Shown: positions 41,404 to 50,543 of the stretch, in pieces
Layout of the letters: each line of letters begins with the position of its first letter
How positions within the stretch are numbered: the first letter of the stretch is position 1
Position numbers and translations under genes: made by a program
Notes under the pieces: generated by a model
Told to the model about the DNA's origin: nothing
Databases searched by the model: none
Seen by the model: only the letters and a program-made list of their open reading frames with translations
Origin: Candidatus Bathyarchaeota archaeon
GTDB taxonomy: Archaea > Thermoproteota > Bathyarchaeia > Bathyarchaeales > Bathycorpusculaceae
Reading direction: 5' to 3'
DNA length: 64,000 nt
Assembly: GCA_963782525.1 (NCBI GenBank)
Contig: CAWAKC010000001.1
Coordinates: 32,001 to 96,000 of the forward strand

Positions 41404-42104
41404 AGAGAAGGATAGCTACCTTTGCTGTACTTCTAGTAATCTTGATGCTGGTTGGAACAGAAGTAATTGGTGTTGTTATTGCTAATCCTATGGTCCCAAA
41501 AAATTCAGATAGCGGTTTTGAGAAACCAGCTATAATAATAAAAAGTCCACTAAACAATGAGGCGCTAAATAACACTAGCAATCTGTACCTTAACTTTGTT
41601 GTTAACTATCCCCCATCATGGAAAAAGATACAGATTGATAATTATACTCTAGGGCATGTAGATTCATTAGATGTATGTATTGATGGAGTAGTAAGCGACC
41701 ACTTTGTTAATAGCTATAGCTGCACTGATTCTAATTACAACTTTACAGATTTCTGCGTTAACTTAAAGACTTTAGACCCCGGCTCTCATCTAGCTAATGT
41801 TACAGTCTACACTCACTCATATTCCCTGGGATATATTGCGGGGATTAGCGACACTTCTTTTCCTCCCTTAGACACCTCTTTTGGGACTATGTATGGCTTC
41901 CCCATAACTGTCTTTGAGACAGTAAATTTTACTCTAAATGAACAGATTCTACCAAGCCCAACATTAGCCCAAAGTATACCTACAATTAACACAGGTGACA
42001 CATTGCCCGTTGAGTTGAATCCCTCCATACTGGCTATCGCAATAGTAATAGTGGCTGTTGCTTCAACCTCACTAGTTTACTTTAGAAGAAGAGGGAAGCC
42101 ATGA
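41400..42104 (+). CDS. Array ANP-type Ig-like surface protein
   Basis: IANP, KP.I.I.SP.N, PGSH.ANVT, PTINTGDTLPVELNP, YFRRRGKP. Confidence 0.82.
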   Translation: MKRRIATFAVLLVILMLVGTEVIGVVIANPMVPKNSDSGFEKPAIIIKSPLNNEALNNTSNLYLNFVVNYPPSWKKIQIDNYTLGHVDSLDVCIDGVVSDHFVNSYSCTDSNYNFTDFCVNLKTLDPGSHLANVTVYTHSYSLGYIAGISDTSFPPLDTSFGTMYGFPITVFETVNFTLNEQILPSPTLAQSIPTINTGDTLPVELNPSILAIAIVIVAVASTSLVYFRRRGKP

Positions 42105-42781
42105 AGAGAAGCTATGCTGTATTTGCTGCAGTATTTGCTGTTTCAATATTGATTGTGGTGCAAACAATTGAGGCAGCAAAGGCCAATCCTGTTCCTTGGC
42201 CTTCTGCACCAATCTTCGATAAGCCTACTATAACAGTGCAGACTCCGCAAAACAATACAGTGTTTGCTTACAACGCCACCGATGTTTGGCTCAACTTCAC
42301 AATAGCAAAGCCTGACTCGTGGACGATACAGCATTTGGTTACAATTCCGATGGTGAAAGAAGAATCAGTGGAAGCCCAGTTGGATGGAAACGCAGTTTAT
42401 CGTGGATGGTCCCGAGAAAAGGTCGCCGTCAAACTGGATTTAAATCAGTCAGCCCCAGGGCTACATACGTTGAATGTAACTATCCTTATGAACAGTTATT
42501 ATAGGGGGGCAGCATACAACGGCTCCCATATTGTCTCCGATATCTATAGTAGTAGCGGTCCAGTCTACCAGTATCCCTGGGCTACCTCCCAAATAGTTTA
42601 CTTTGCAGTTGAGCAACCAACCCCAACCCAGACCTCACCTACAAATTCGGGTTCAATGTTGCCGGTTGAGTTGAATCCCGCAATCCCCTATATCATCTTA
42701 GCAGTTGTCATCGCTATAGTAGCTGTTGCTTCTATTTCATTGATTTACTATAAGAGAAAGAGAGGGAAATATGAGACTTAG
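42101..42781 (+). CDS. Array ANP-type Ig-like surface protein (ANPVPW subfamily)
   Basis: KANPVPW, KPDSW, PGLHTLNVT, LPVELNP, TM. Confidence 0.82.
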   Translation: MKRSYAVFAAVFAVSILIVVQTIEAAKANPVPWPSAPIFDKPTITVQTPQNNTVFAYNATDVWLNFTIAKPDSWTIQHLVTIPMVKEESVEAQLDGNAVYRGWSREKVAVKLDLNQSAPGLHTLNVTILMNSYYRGAAYNGSHIVSDIYSSSGPVYQYPWATSQIVYFAVEQPTPTQTSPTNSGSMLPVELNPAIPYIILAVVIAIVAVASISLIYYKRKRGKYET

Positions 42782-43328
42782 ATTAATGCTAACAGCATTA
42801 TCTCTTTGTTTGTTGGTTTGTTGTTTTACTATTGTTGAAGTGGGAGATGCTAACCCCTATAGTTACCCTTCATTATGGATAGAATCACCTAAAAACACAA
42901 TTTACAATACAACAGATGTCAAAATAGCATTCCACACAGACACACCAATTAGATACCCAGAAATTGTTAAAATGTCTTACAGTCTTGATGGTACAGCCAA
43001 CACAACACTAAGCATCTCAAAGACGCAGACCTTCCAGTTTGGAAGTTTTAGCGCTAGCTCACGCATTTCATACGTAGGAACAGGACTTTTAACGGATCTC
43101 AGCAATGGCACTCATTCACTTGACGTGTATGCACTTGATTCTAAAGGCACAACAATGACCTATCCCACAGGAAGAACTTTTCAGGTAAATATTACCCCTA
43201 AAAATGAACAGCCTCTACCAATAAGCAACATAACAATCATTCTAGTGATAACTATAACTGCTGTGACAATAAGCTCAGTTTTAACCGTCACACTTCTTAA
43301 TAGAAAAATGAAGAGAGCCAACAAGTAA
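42771..43328 (+). CDS. Array ANP-type Ig-like surface protein, RLRLML leader class
   Basis: DANP, IESPKN, MSYSLDG, NGTHSLDVYALD, TM. Confidence 0.82.
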   Translation: MRLRLMLTALSLCLLVCCFTIVEVGDANPYSYPSLWIESPKNTIYNTTDVKIAFHTDTPIRYPEIVKMSYSLDGTANTTLSISKTQTFQFGSFSASSRISYVGTGLLTDLSNGTHSLDVYALDSKGTTMTYPTGRTFQVNITPKNEQPLPISNITIILVITITAVTISSVLTVTLLNRKMKRANK

Positions 43329-43369
43329 GCAAAGTTCTCTCTAATTTGGTAGTGTTACTAATCATCGAG

Positions 43370-43449
43370 AAGCCTTGCTTATCTTAGAAAAGCAGGTTTA
43401 ACAAAAAGCACTTAAGCAAACCTATTCTGATAGCATAATAGGGAATTAG
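43370..43449 (+). promoter_or_regulatory. Module B promoter (degenerate)
   Basis: ccttgcttatcttagaaaagcaggtttaacaaaaagcacttaagcaaac before MPKKLLA. Confidence 0.55.
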
Positions 43450-44319
43450 ATGCCAAAGAAACTCTTGGCAACAACAATCATCCTTTTGATAGCAATTACT
43501 ATGTTACCCTTAACTCCTGTCGCACGAGGAAATTTTATTCCTCCTACAAGTCCTGAAATTATAATTCTTGAACCAAAACGTCAGAACGTTATAATCTACG
43601 AAGACACGCCTATTCCCATAATAGTAACTATAACGGAGCCAGAAAACGTTTCACACTACCACCAAATCACTAACATCACCTATAGCATAGACGGAAAACC
43701 AGAAGTGGAAATTACCAACATAACAAAGAAGACCAATCAGGCATATTTTAGCGGAAAAACAGCCACTGATTATCTTGCATACGCTACCATAGACACCGTT
43801 GAAAGAGGCAGCCATATCTTATCGGTTTATGCCCTCGATGATGCTGGAAACCGTTTGCCAACAAAAACAGGATTTGCATACCAAAGCATTGACAAATATC
43901 CAAACGTCACCATTTTTTCTCCCTTAAATACGACCTATTTTAACACAACCAAATTGACCCTAAATTACACGGCTGATAACTTCATAATGGCATCTTATTC
44001 TTTGGATGGTGTAGACAATGTTTTTTATGACGCCCAAAATGGAACTGTGCACTCACGCTCAGGACTAAACAACGGAGAGCATACAATTCTGCTACGTGTA
44101 TCTACTGAATTTGGATGGTTCTCACAAACAATCAAATTTGCGGTATATGGAGCAGATTTCCAGGCACATTATCAGAATCTACCACTGATACCTTCTAGAG
44201 AAACTTCCGATAGAAGCCCAGTCCCGATTGTTTTGATTATCGTGGTTGCGGTTGTGGTTTTTTCAATTGGGGGTTTGCTGGTTTTCCTTAGGAGGAAGGG
44301 AATTAATGAGGCAAAGTAG
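43450..44319 (+). CDS. Array two-Ig-domain surface protein, MPKKLLA leader class
   Basis: GNFIP, YSIDG and YSLDG domains, TM, RRKG. Confidence 0.82.
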   Translation: MPKKLLATTIILLIAITMLPLTPVARGNFIPPTSPEIIILEPKRQNVIIYEDTPIPIIVTITEPENVSHYHQITNITYSIDGKPEVEITNITKKTNQAYFSGKTATDYLAYATIDTVERGSHILSVYALDDAGNRLPTKTGFAYQSIDKYPNVTIFSPLNTTYFNTTKLTLNYTADNFIMASYSLDGVDNVFYDAQNGTVHSRSGLNNGEHTILLRVSTEFGWFSQTIKFAVYGADFQAHYQNLPLIPSRETSDRSPVPIVLIIVVAVVVFSIGGLLVFLRRKGINEAK

Positions 44320-45223
44320 TGCTCTTTTTGCCGCGGTATTTCTGGTCTCAATGTTGATTGGGATACAAGCAGTTGAGGTAGTAGATGCTAATCCTTACAT
44401 GTTCCTGCAATTTACAAGAATAAAGATTCATTCGCCTCAATCCCATGTCTATGTTTGTCCTAACGTAGACTTATCTTTTGACTATTACACAGAAACTAAT
44501 TCGCCCAAAGTTGATTCTTTCTCATATAGCTTAGATGGCAAAGCTAACTCTACATTGGTTAGTAGCAAATCAAGTATTCTTCATTTTATCAAGTATTCTG
44601 TCTTTAAGACTTTAGAAAACTTATCCAACGATAATCATAAGCTAATAGTTTATGCTCATTTTTCTAACAATACAGTATTTTCAATTTTGGACCAAAAAAT
44701 AGTTGTAGACACAGCATACATTCAACCCACTCCCTTTATGATTTCTCCTTTAAACCAAACAACGTATAATGCTAGAGAAATAGATGTAGCTTATACAATA
44801 GATGCAAAAATATTCTATTATAGGTATGACTTAGATAACAGATATAACAAATATTATGATTCTTCTAAATCAATAAGTGTTAATGATAGTGCAACCTTAA
44901 CTAACGTAGGTCTTGTGGGCAACACAACGTTAATTAACCTCTCTGACGGTTCCCACAAGCTAAAATTAATTTTGACAATACAGCCCTATGAACGCTATTA
45001 CTCTGAAACATGTTTTGTAACAGTCTACTTTAATGTGGATTCAGATGAGCCAAGTCCAAGTCTAACCCCAAATACTACTGCCTTGATGCCCACTGTAAAT
45101 AGTGGTCCATATGTAGATTTGGCTATGAGTTATTTTCCATATATCGTTGGATTGGTTGCTGTTGTAATTGTACTCATTGTGGGCTTATTGGTTTACTTTA
45201 AGAGGAGAAAGGGGAAGCCATGA
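44306..45223 (+). CDS. Array two-Ig-domain surface protein
   Basis: MRQSSALF...IGIQAVEVVDANP, FSYSLDG, LSDGSHKL, YFKRRKGKP; ATG at 44306. Confidence 0.82.
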   Translation: MRQSSALFAAVFLVSMLIGIQAVEVVDANPYMFLQFTRIKIHSPQSHVYVCPNVDLSFDYYTETNSPKVDSFSYSLDGKANSTLVSSKSSILHFIKYSVFKTLENLSNDNHKLIVYAHFSNNTVFSILDQKIVVDTAYIQPTPFMISPLNQTTYNAREIDVAYTIDAKIFYYRYDLDNRYNKYYDSSKSISVNDSATLTNVGLVGNTTLINLSDGSHKLKLILTIQPYERYYSETCFVTVYFNVDSDEPSPSLTPNTTALMPTVNSGPYVDLAMSYFPYIVGLVAVVIVLIVGLLVYFKRRKGKP

Positions 45224-45972
45224 ACCGAAAATATGCTGAATTTGCTTCAGTGTTATTGGTCTTTTTTGTTATTAGTGAATTTGGCAGCTTTTTTGCTGCT
45301 GCAAACTGGGCGCCCATCTATGCTAACGTAGAAATCTCACCTCAGAGCGTTGGGGCAACACCGCCAACTATCACCTTTCTATCTCCCGAAAATGACCGAA
45401 CATATGGAAGAAACCTAACGTTGCACTGCAACATAAGCGTTGGAACCGTTTCCCACCAAAACATGTCTTGCGGCATAGAAAACCTCTACTATCAAGCAGA
45501 CTGGGAAACTCAACCGACAAAGGTCATACGGCTGCAGTTAAGCAAGGACGGTTATGAGTGGGATACGATAATAACAGGCACCGTAAACTCTGACTTTACC
45601 GAATACTCAAACAACCTAACAGCCCCCACTGAAGGAAAACATAGCATAACCTTCTGGGCAGCTGAAAAAGGAAGCTACCAAGTGGACATTGGAAAACAAT
45701 TCCCCGCAGAGAGAATAAACGTCTACACCTTCCATATCAACAGTTCCCAAACAGTAGCTTTCACCGTGAGCAACTCTCCACCAGTTGAGCAACCAACCCC
45801 AACCCAAAACTCAAACGCTACTGAGTCCGATTATTTGCTGAATCAAACAAATCTTATTTTGATAGCTATTGTGATTGTAATATTGGCTGTTGCTTCAATC
45901 TCGTTGGTTTACTTTAAGAGAAGAAAGGGCAAGCTGACAAGTAAGCCAGCCATAGTAAGAGAACCCAAGTAA
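45220..45972 (+). CDS. Array Ig-like surface protein (core of 39576, tail of 37392)
   Basis: AANW, EISP..V.A.PP, EGKHSIT.WA.E.GSY, IVREPK tail. Confidence 0.82.
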   Translation: MNRKYAEFASVLLVFFVISEFGSFFAAANWAPIYANVEISPQSVGATPPTITFLSPENDRTYGRNLTLHCNISVGTVSHQNMSCGIENLYYQADWETQPTKVIRLQLSKDGYEWDTIITGTVNSDFTEYSNNLTAPTEGKHSITFWAAEKGSYQVDIGKQFPAERINVYTFHINSSQTVAFTVSNSPPVEQPTPTQNSNATESDYLLNQTNLILIAIVIVILAVASISLVYFKRRKGKLTSKPAIVREPK

Positions 45973-46054
45973 GCAAACCCTACTTCTATTAGCCCATAAC
46001 ACTAACGGCTCCGCTTAACGTAAGGAATGTAAAACTTCATAAGGCAACAGCAAC
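45841..46054 (+). repeat. Exact 214-bp direct repeat, copy 2; ends inside module A
   Basis: Identical to 38028-38241; sequence after ...gcaacagcaac is unrelated to module A. Confidence 0.92.
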
Positions 46055-46222
46055 TGAACTTGATTTGATTCTTGCTATAACTACGAATTATTTAACGCGT
46101 TGTTGAAATTGCTATCGCTAAAGGCAGGAAAAAAACGCTCCAGCATTGCTCAAAATTGTTTCTATGTGCAAACAAGCAATCTGTCGACATGTTCAAATAT
46201 GGTGAGTTATCGTGTGTTTCAT

Positions 46223-47542
46223 ATGAGAAAGGGCAACGCAGCAGTAATCATTTCTGTAATTATGATGAGCGTAACATTTTTTGCAGAAGAAACTTTGGTA
46301 ACGGCTAACCTGAATCCACCAGCAATCGAATGGAGCAAGAGCTATTCCTACGGCACGTACAGTGGAATCTACGCTATGATTCCAACAGCGGACGGCGGCT
46401 TCGCTTTGGGTGGCACTGTAACTCAGTTGGGTACGCCTGGAGCGACTACCAGCGATATGTGGCTGCTCAAGGTTAACTCCCAAGGCGATAAGCTGTGGGA
46501 ACAAGGCTTAAGCAGTGCATATCTCAATTTGGGGGGAATCGTCTCCCTTGTTCAAGCCGATGATGGTGGATACGTCTTAGCAGGCGAATCAGTGTTCGGC
46601 AGCTCGCATCTTGTCAAGACCGATTCGTCAGGTAATGTAGTTTGGACTCGGGCCTACGATAACATAGCTTTACAGACCGTCATAAAATGTCGAGATAATG
46701 GATATGCAGTCGCTGGCACAATTAACAATGGCAACTCAGACTTCTGGCTGGCTAAAATTACAGAATCCGGCGCAATGCAATGGAATCAAACTTACGGAGG
46801 CATAAACATTGACTTGTGCAACTCACTAATTCAAACTAGTGACGGTGGCTTTGCGCTTGCAGGTTCAACCTCTAGCTTTGGTTTAGGAAATGCAGACATG
46901 TGGCTAATCAAAACTGATAGTTACGGTTCAATGGTTTGGAACCAAACATATGGCACTCAAGAGAACGATGCTGCAGATTGTGTGATTCAAACCACTGATA
47001 ATAATTACGTGTTATCAGGATACACGATGCACACCTCAGGAAACAATTTTGAATCTTTTGCATTGTCTATGATTAAAACTGATTCCTCTGGTAAGGTTCT
47101 TTGGAGCAAAACCTACAGCCAACACATCGATACCACGTATTTATCTGTAATCAAGACGAAGGATAGCGGGTATGCTCTAGCAAGCGATTTTGGGATTATA
47201 AAAACCGATTCGTCGGGGGCAATTCAGTGGAGCCTACCCTATGGAGGGACGTATTCCCTAATTCAAATCGACAACGCCTACATCCTCGCTGGCACCACTT
47301 CTGGTTCGTCAGCAGCAAGCGGCTGGATAGCGAGCACAACTGAAACACAGACTATAGTTTCTCCGAGCACTCAGCCTGCCACATCCTCAAGTCCAACCTC
47401 TGCAGTGACACCGACAACACCTATAACTGGGCTATTATTCTATCAAGAAACCATGATAGCGGTTGCTTCTATGATCATAATAATAGCCGTTGCTTTTGTC
47501 ATATTCGTTTATTACAAGAGGCGTAAGTCTAATGCCGCTTAG
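46223..47542 (+). CDS. QTSDGG-repeat beta-propeller surface protein with array-type TM tail
   Basis: TANLNP, repeated D.WL.K.D..G...WNQTYG, YYKRRKSNAA; ATG 46223 preferred. Confidence 0.85.
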   Translation: MRKGNAAVIISVIMMSVTFFAEETLVTANLNPPAIEWSKSYSYGTYSGIYAMIPTADGGFALGGTVTQLGTPGATTSDMWLLKVNSQGDKLWEQGLSSAYLNLGGIVSLVQADDGGYVLAGESVFGSSHLVKTDSSGNVVWTRAYDNIALQTVIKCRDNGYAVAGTINNGNSDFWLAKITESGAMQWNQTYGGINIDLCNSLIQTSDGGFALAGSTSSFGLGNADMWLIKTDSYGSMVWNQTYGTQENDAADCVIQTTDNNYVLSGYTMHTSGNNFESFALSMIKTDSSGKVLWSKTYSQHIDTTYLSVIKTKDSGYALASDFGIIKTDSSGAIQWSLPYGGTYSLIQIDNAYILAGTTSGSSAASGWIASTTETQTIVSPSTQPATSSSPTSAVTPTTPITGLLFYQETMIAVASMIIIIAVAFVIFVYYKRRKSNAA

Positions 47543-47551
47543 CCAAAAAAT

Positions 47552-47590
47552 GTAAAACTTCATAAGGCAACAGCAACCAATAGCGATTGG
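47552..47590 (+). promoter_or_regulatory. Module A repeat
   Basis: gtaaaacttcataaggcaacagcaaccaatagcgattgg. Confidence 0.72.
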
Positions 47591-47597
47591 TGGATAT

Positions 47598-48455
47598 ATG
47601 CGCAGTTTATTGTCGCTGCTGACAATTCTGGTCCTACTCGGGGCAACTGCAGGCATGTTTTTACCCGTTAATGCTAACCCGAATCTAATTTTAGATCCAG
47701 TTCCAAGTGCGCCGGCTCCAGCGGGCGTCCAAATCATCTTTGACATGGAGGCCCCAAAAGAAAACGCAACATACGTCAACGGAACAGTTAACGTGGTCTT
47801 CAACGTAACAGTTGACGGACCAAGTCAAATTAACGGACAACCGCTCAACAAGCACCTTATGTTGACGACCTACCAGGGAGATTGGATGCAAAAAAGTGAA
47901 TGGGCGCCTTCGAGGATTTTCCAAACCTTACAATTCTACCCATATAACTTTAGCATCTTTGGCATACCATTTGGAGAGCATACTCTAAACTTCACGACCC
48001 ATGCACAAGGCAATTTTGTCTTAGCAAATTACTCTGGTCGCGTTTATAATCTGGAAAAAACCATCTCTTGCAAGTTCTTTGTTCTCGCAAATCCCATTAT
48101 TGAATTCTCTTTACCTCAAAACGCCAACTCCACAACCTCGTCTTTTCCCTTGAACTTCACCATTGACCACCCTGTTACAGAAATGTCTTACCGGTTAGAT
48201 GGGCTAGAATCCGTTCCAATCACCGGAAACACCACGTTAACCGACCTACATTATGGTCAACATAATGTTACTGTTTACGCAACCGACGAGTTTGGCTATA
48301 CTGGCAAATCAAACACTCTCCTCTTCAACGTTAACTCTCCAGAGGTTGGAGAATTTTCATTGGTGCCCTCGGTGGTTCCTTTCGCGATTGCCGCCATCGC
48401 GTTAACTGTTGCCGGCTTGTCGGTTTATTTTAAGAGAAGAAGAGGGAAGGTATGA
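47598..48455 (+). CDS. Array two-domain Ig-like surface protein (first domain shared with 33258)
   Basis: NANP, PKENATY, TYQGDWM; second domain SYRLDG...GNTTL...G.HNVTVYATD. Confidence 0.83.
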   Translation: MRSLLSLLTILVLLGATAGMFLPVNANPNLILDPVPSAPAPAGVQIIFDMEAPKENATYVNGTVNVVFNVTVDGPSQINGQPLNKHLMLTTYQGDWMQKSEWAPSRIFQTLQFYPYNFSIFGIPFGEHTLNFTTHAQGNFVLANYSGRVYNLEKTISCKFFVLANPIIEFSLPQNANSTTSSFPLNFTIDHPVTEMSYRLDGLESVPITGNTTLTDLHYGQHNVTVYATDEFGYTGKSNTLLFNVNSPEVGEFSLVPSVVPFAIAAIALTVAGLSVYFKRRRGKV

Positions 48456-49057
48456 AGAGTAGGATACCTCTTTTTACCGTGATACTTGCAATCTCATTAT
48501 TGGTTGGAGAATTAAACATTGAAGTAACAAATGCTAACTTTTATCCAATCCCTTCAATATACATCATAGGTTACAATCCAACCTATCCAAATGGCAACAA
48601 CTATACCTTCACTGTGGAAGCGCATATTTCTATGGATGCCCCAGGAATTGTTTCCATCAGCTACAGCTTAGATGATAAAAAGAACATCACCTCTTCTAAC
48701 TTAAAATACACCACTTGGATGAAAGATAATGGACCAAACAATCACCAAATTTACTCCATAACAGAATACCTCTATAACTTAGAGATTGGAAACCACACAA
48801 TCAATGCTTATGCAACGGATTCAACGGGAAAAGTACAATCAACTAATCATCAGTTTACAGTGGACAACTCAAATATCTCTAATTCAATTACTCCAACTAT
48901 AAGCCAAAACCCCCCAACAATTAACACCGGTCCCAAAACGCAAGTTGGGTTAAATCATTCTATAGTCTATATCACACTGGCCCTTGTGATTGTGATAGTT
49001 GCTGTTGCGTCAATCGCATTGGTTTACTTTAAGAGGCATGAGTGTAGAATGCCTTAG
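48452..49057 (+). CDS. Array Ig-like surface protein
   Basis: NANF, ISYSLD, GNHTINAYATD, PTINTGP, TM. Confidence 0.8.
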   Translation: MKSRIPLFTVILAISLLVGELNIEVTNANFYPIPSIYIIGYNPTYPNGNNYTFTVEAHISMDAPGIVSISYSLDDKKNITSSNLKYTTWMKDNGPNNHQIYSITEYLYNLEIGNHTINAYATDSTGKVQSTNHQFTVDNSNISNSITPTISQNPPTINTGPKTQVGLNHSIVYITLALVIVIVAVASIALVYFKRHECRMP

Positions 49058-49101
49058 AAACTATGGTTTGACGAAAAGCACAAAAACCAACCAATAAATA
49101 A

Positions 49102-50541
49102 ATGATCAAGATGACTGACAAATCATTATCGGCATCGCATGCGATATCTGGACAGACAATCCAAGAGGTAGCCGCATTATTTCTTGCTGTTCTTGTAATC
49201 TCGGCAATATTCGCTAATAGCGGATTGGCGAATGCACAGTCAACACAATGGAGCGAGTCATTCTCCTATAGCTATGGCAGCGGAAACTCAATAAACCGAT
49301 GTACCGATGGAAACTATGTGATCGCCGGAGAAAGCAACAGCCAATTTCTTATGGCAAAGGTCACACCATCTGGTGACTTGCTATGGTGGAAGGCCTACCA
49401 GAACGGTAAAGCCAATTGTGTCATAGGCACTTCTGATGGCGGGTATGTCCTAGTAGGGAGTGGCGATGTAAACTTCATCAAGACTGATTCGACAGGCAAC
49501 CTGCAGTGGACTAAAGCGTTTAACAAAAATGGCGTTTCCTTTTAAATCGAAAGCGCCATACAAACATTGGACGACGGATACCTTCTTGCCGGCTACACAC
49601 CCGCAGGAAATACACCCAGTTGGGATTGGACCTTAAAAATTGATTCAAACGGAAATAGCCTTTGGAATAAAACCTATGGAACTCGGTCTGGGCAATCATT
49701 AGCAACAGCTGTTGTTGAGGAATCGGGCGGATACGTTCTTGCTGCCAATAGCCAACTCTACAAATTGGATAACGAAGGGGCAGTACTATGATACCAATCA
49801 ACCGCACTTGCGAGTTCACTTGTAAAGACTGCCGACGAAGGGTACCTCTTAGCTTCTTCTACTGGTTCTATATTGGTTAAATTTGGGTCTGATGGCAACA
49901 TTTCATGGAGTAAAGACTTAGCTTACCCTCCTAACCCCAAGAAGATGCCCACAAGTTCTCCGACTTTTCTCCATTCAGCGATTCAGGCTCAAGACGGTGG
50001 CTATCTAGCTGTTGGAATGGCATTTCCTCTCTATGATGGGGTAGCTTGGATGGTTAAGACTGATTCAGCGGGTAACCAAGTATGGAATTGCGCATCTGAG
50101 GATTATACTGGGCACAACTGCAACATCAACGCAATAGTTGAATCGGCTCCCGGCGAGTACATATTAGCAGGTTCAATCTCCAGCGTAACAAACGGCGCCT
50201 ACAGGGAGGTTTGGATTGCCAAAGTCTCAAACACCATTCCATTGCCATCCAGCATCCCCTCGCCCAACAGCCCTGCAACTACACCGAAACCGGACCAAAC
50301 GACAACGCCGATGCCAACTAGCGGTTTGTCTCCAATACCAAATGTTAATCCAAGCTCCATAGAAAAGACACCCACAAACCCTAAAACAACACCTTCACCA
50401 ACCTCAAATCAAACCGCCGTATCAAATTTCTCATCTAACTCAATAGCACAAGTTGCAATAGCTTCCTTCGCTATTCTAATAGCGATTATTTCGACGTTAT
50501 TGATCTACAGACAGCTTAAGTTAAAGACCACTAAGAAATAA
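49102..50541 (+). pseudogene. QTSDGG-repeat beta-propeller surface protein with two in-frame stops (TAA 49543, TGA 49789)
   Basis: The three ORF pieces are in one frame and read through as GVSF*IESAIQTLDDGY and GAVL*YQSTALASSLVKTADEGY. Confidence 0.82.
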
Positions 50542-50543
50542 GC

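Noticed and set aside
29571-49057. Diversity-generating retroelement
   Set aside because: No reverse transcriptase, and no template/variable pair with adenine-specific differences; the longest repeat is exact
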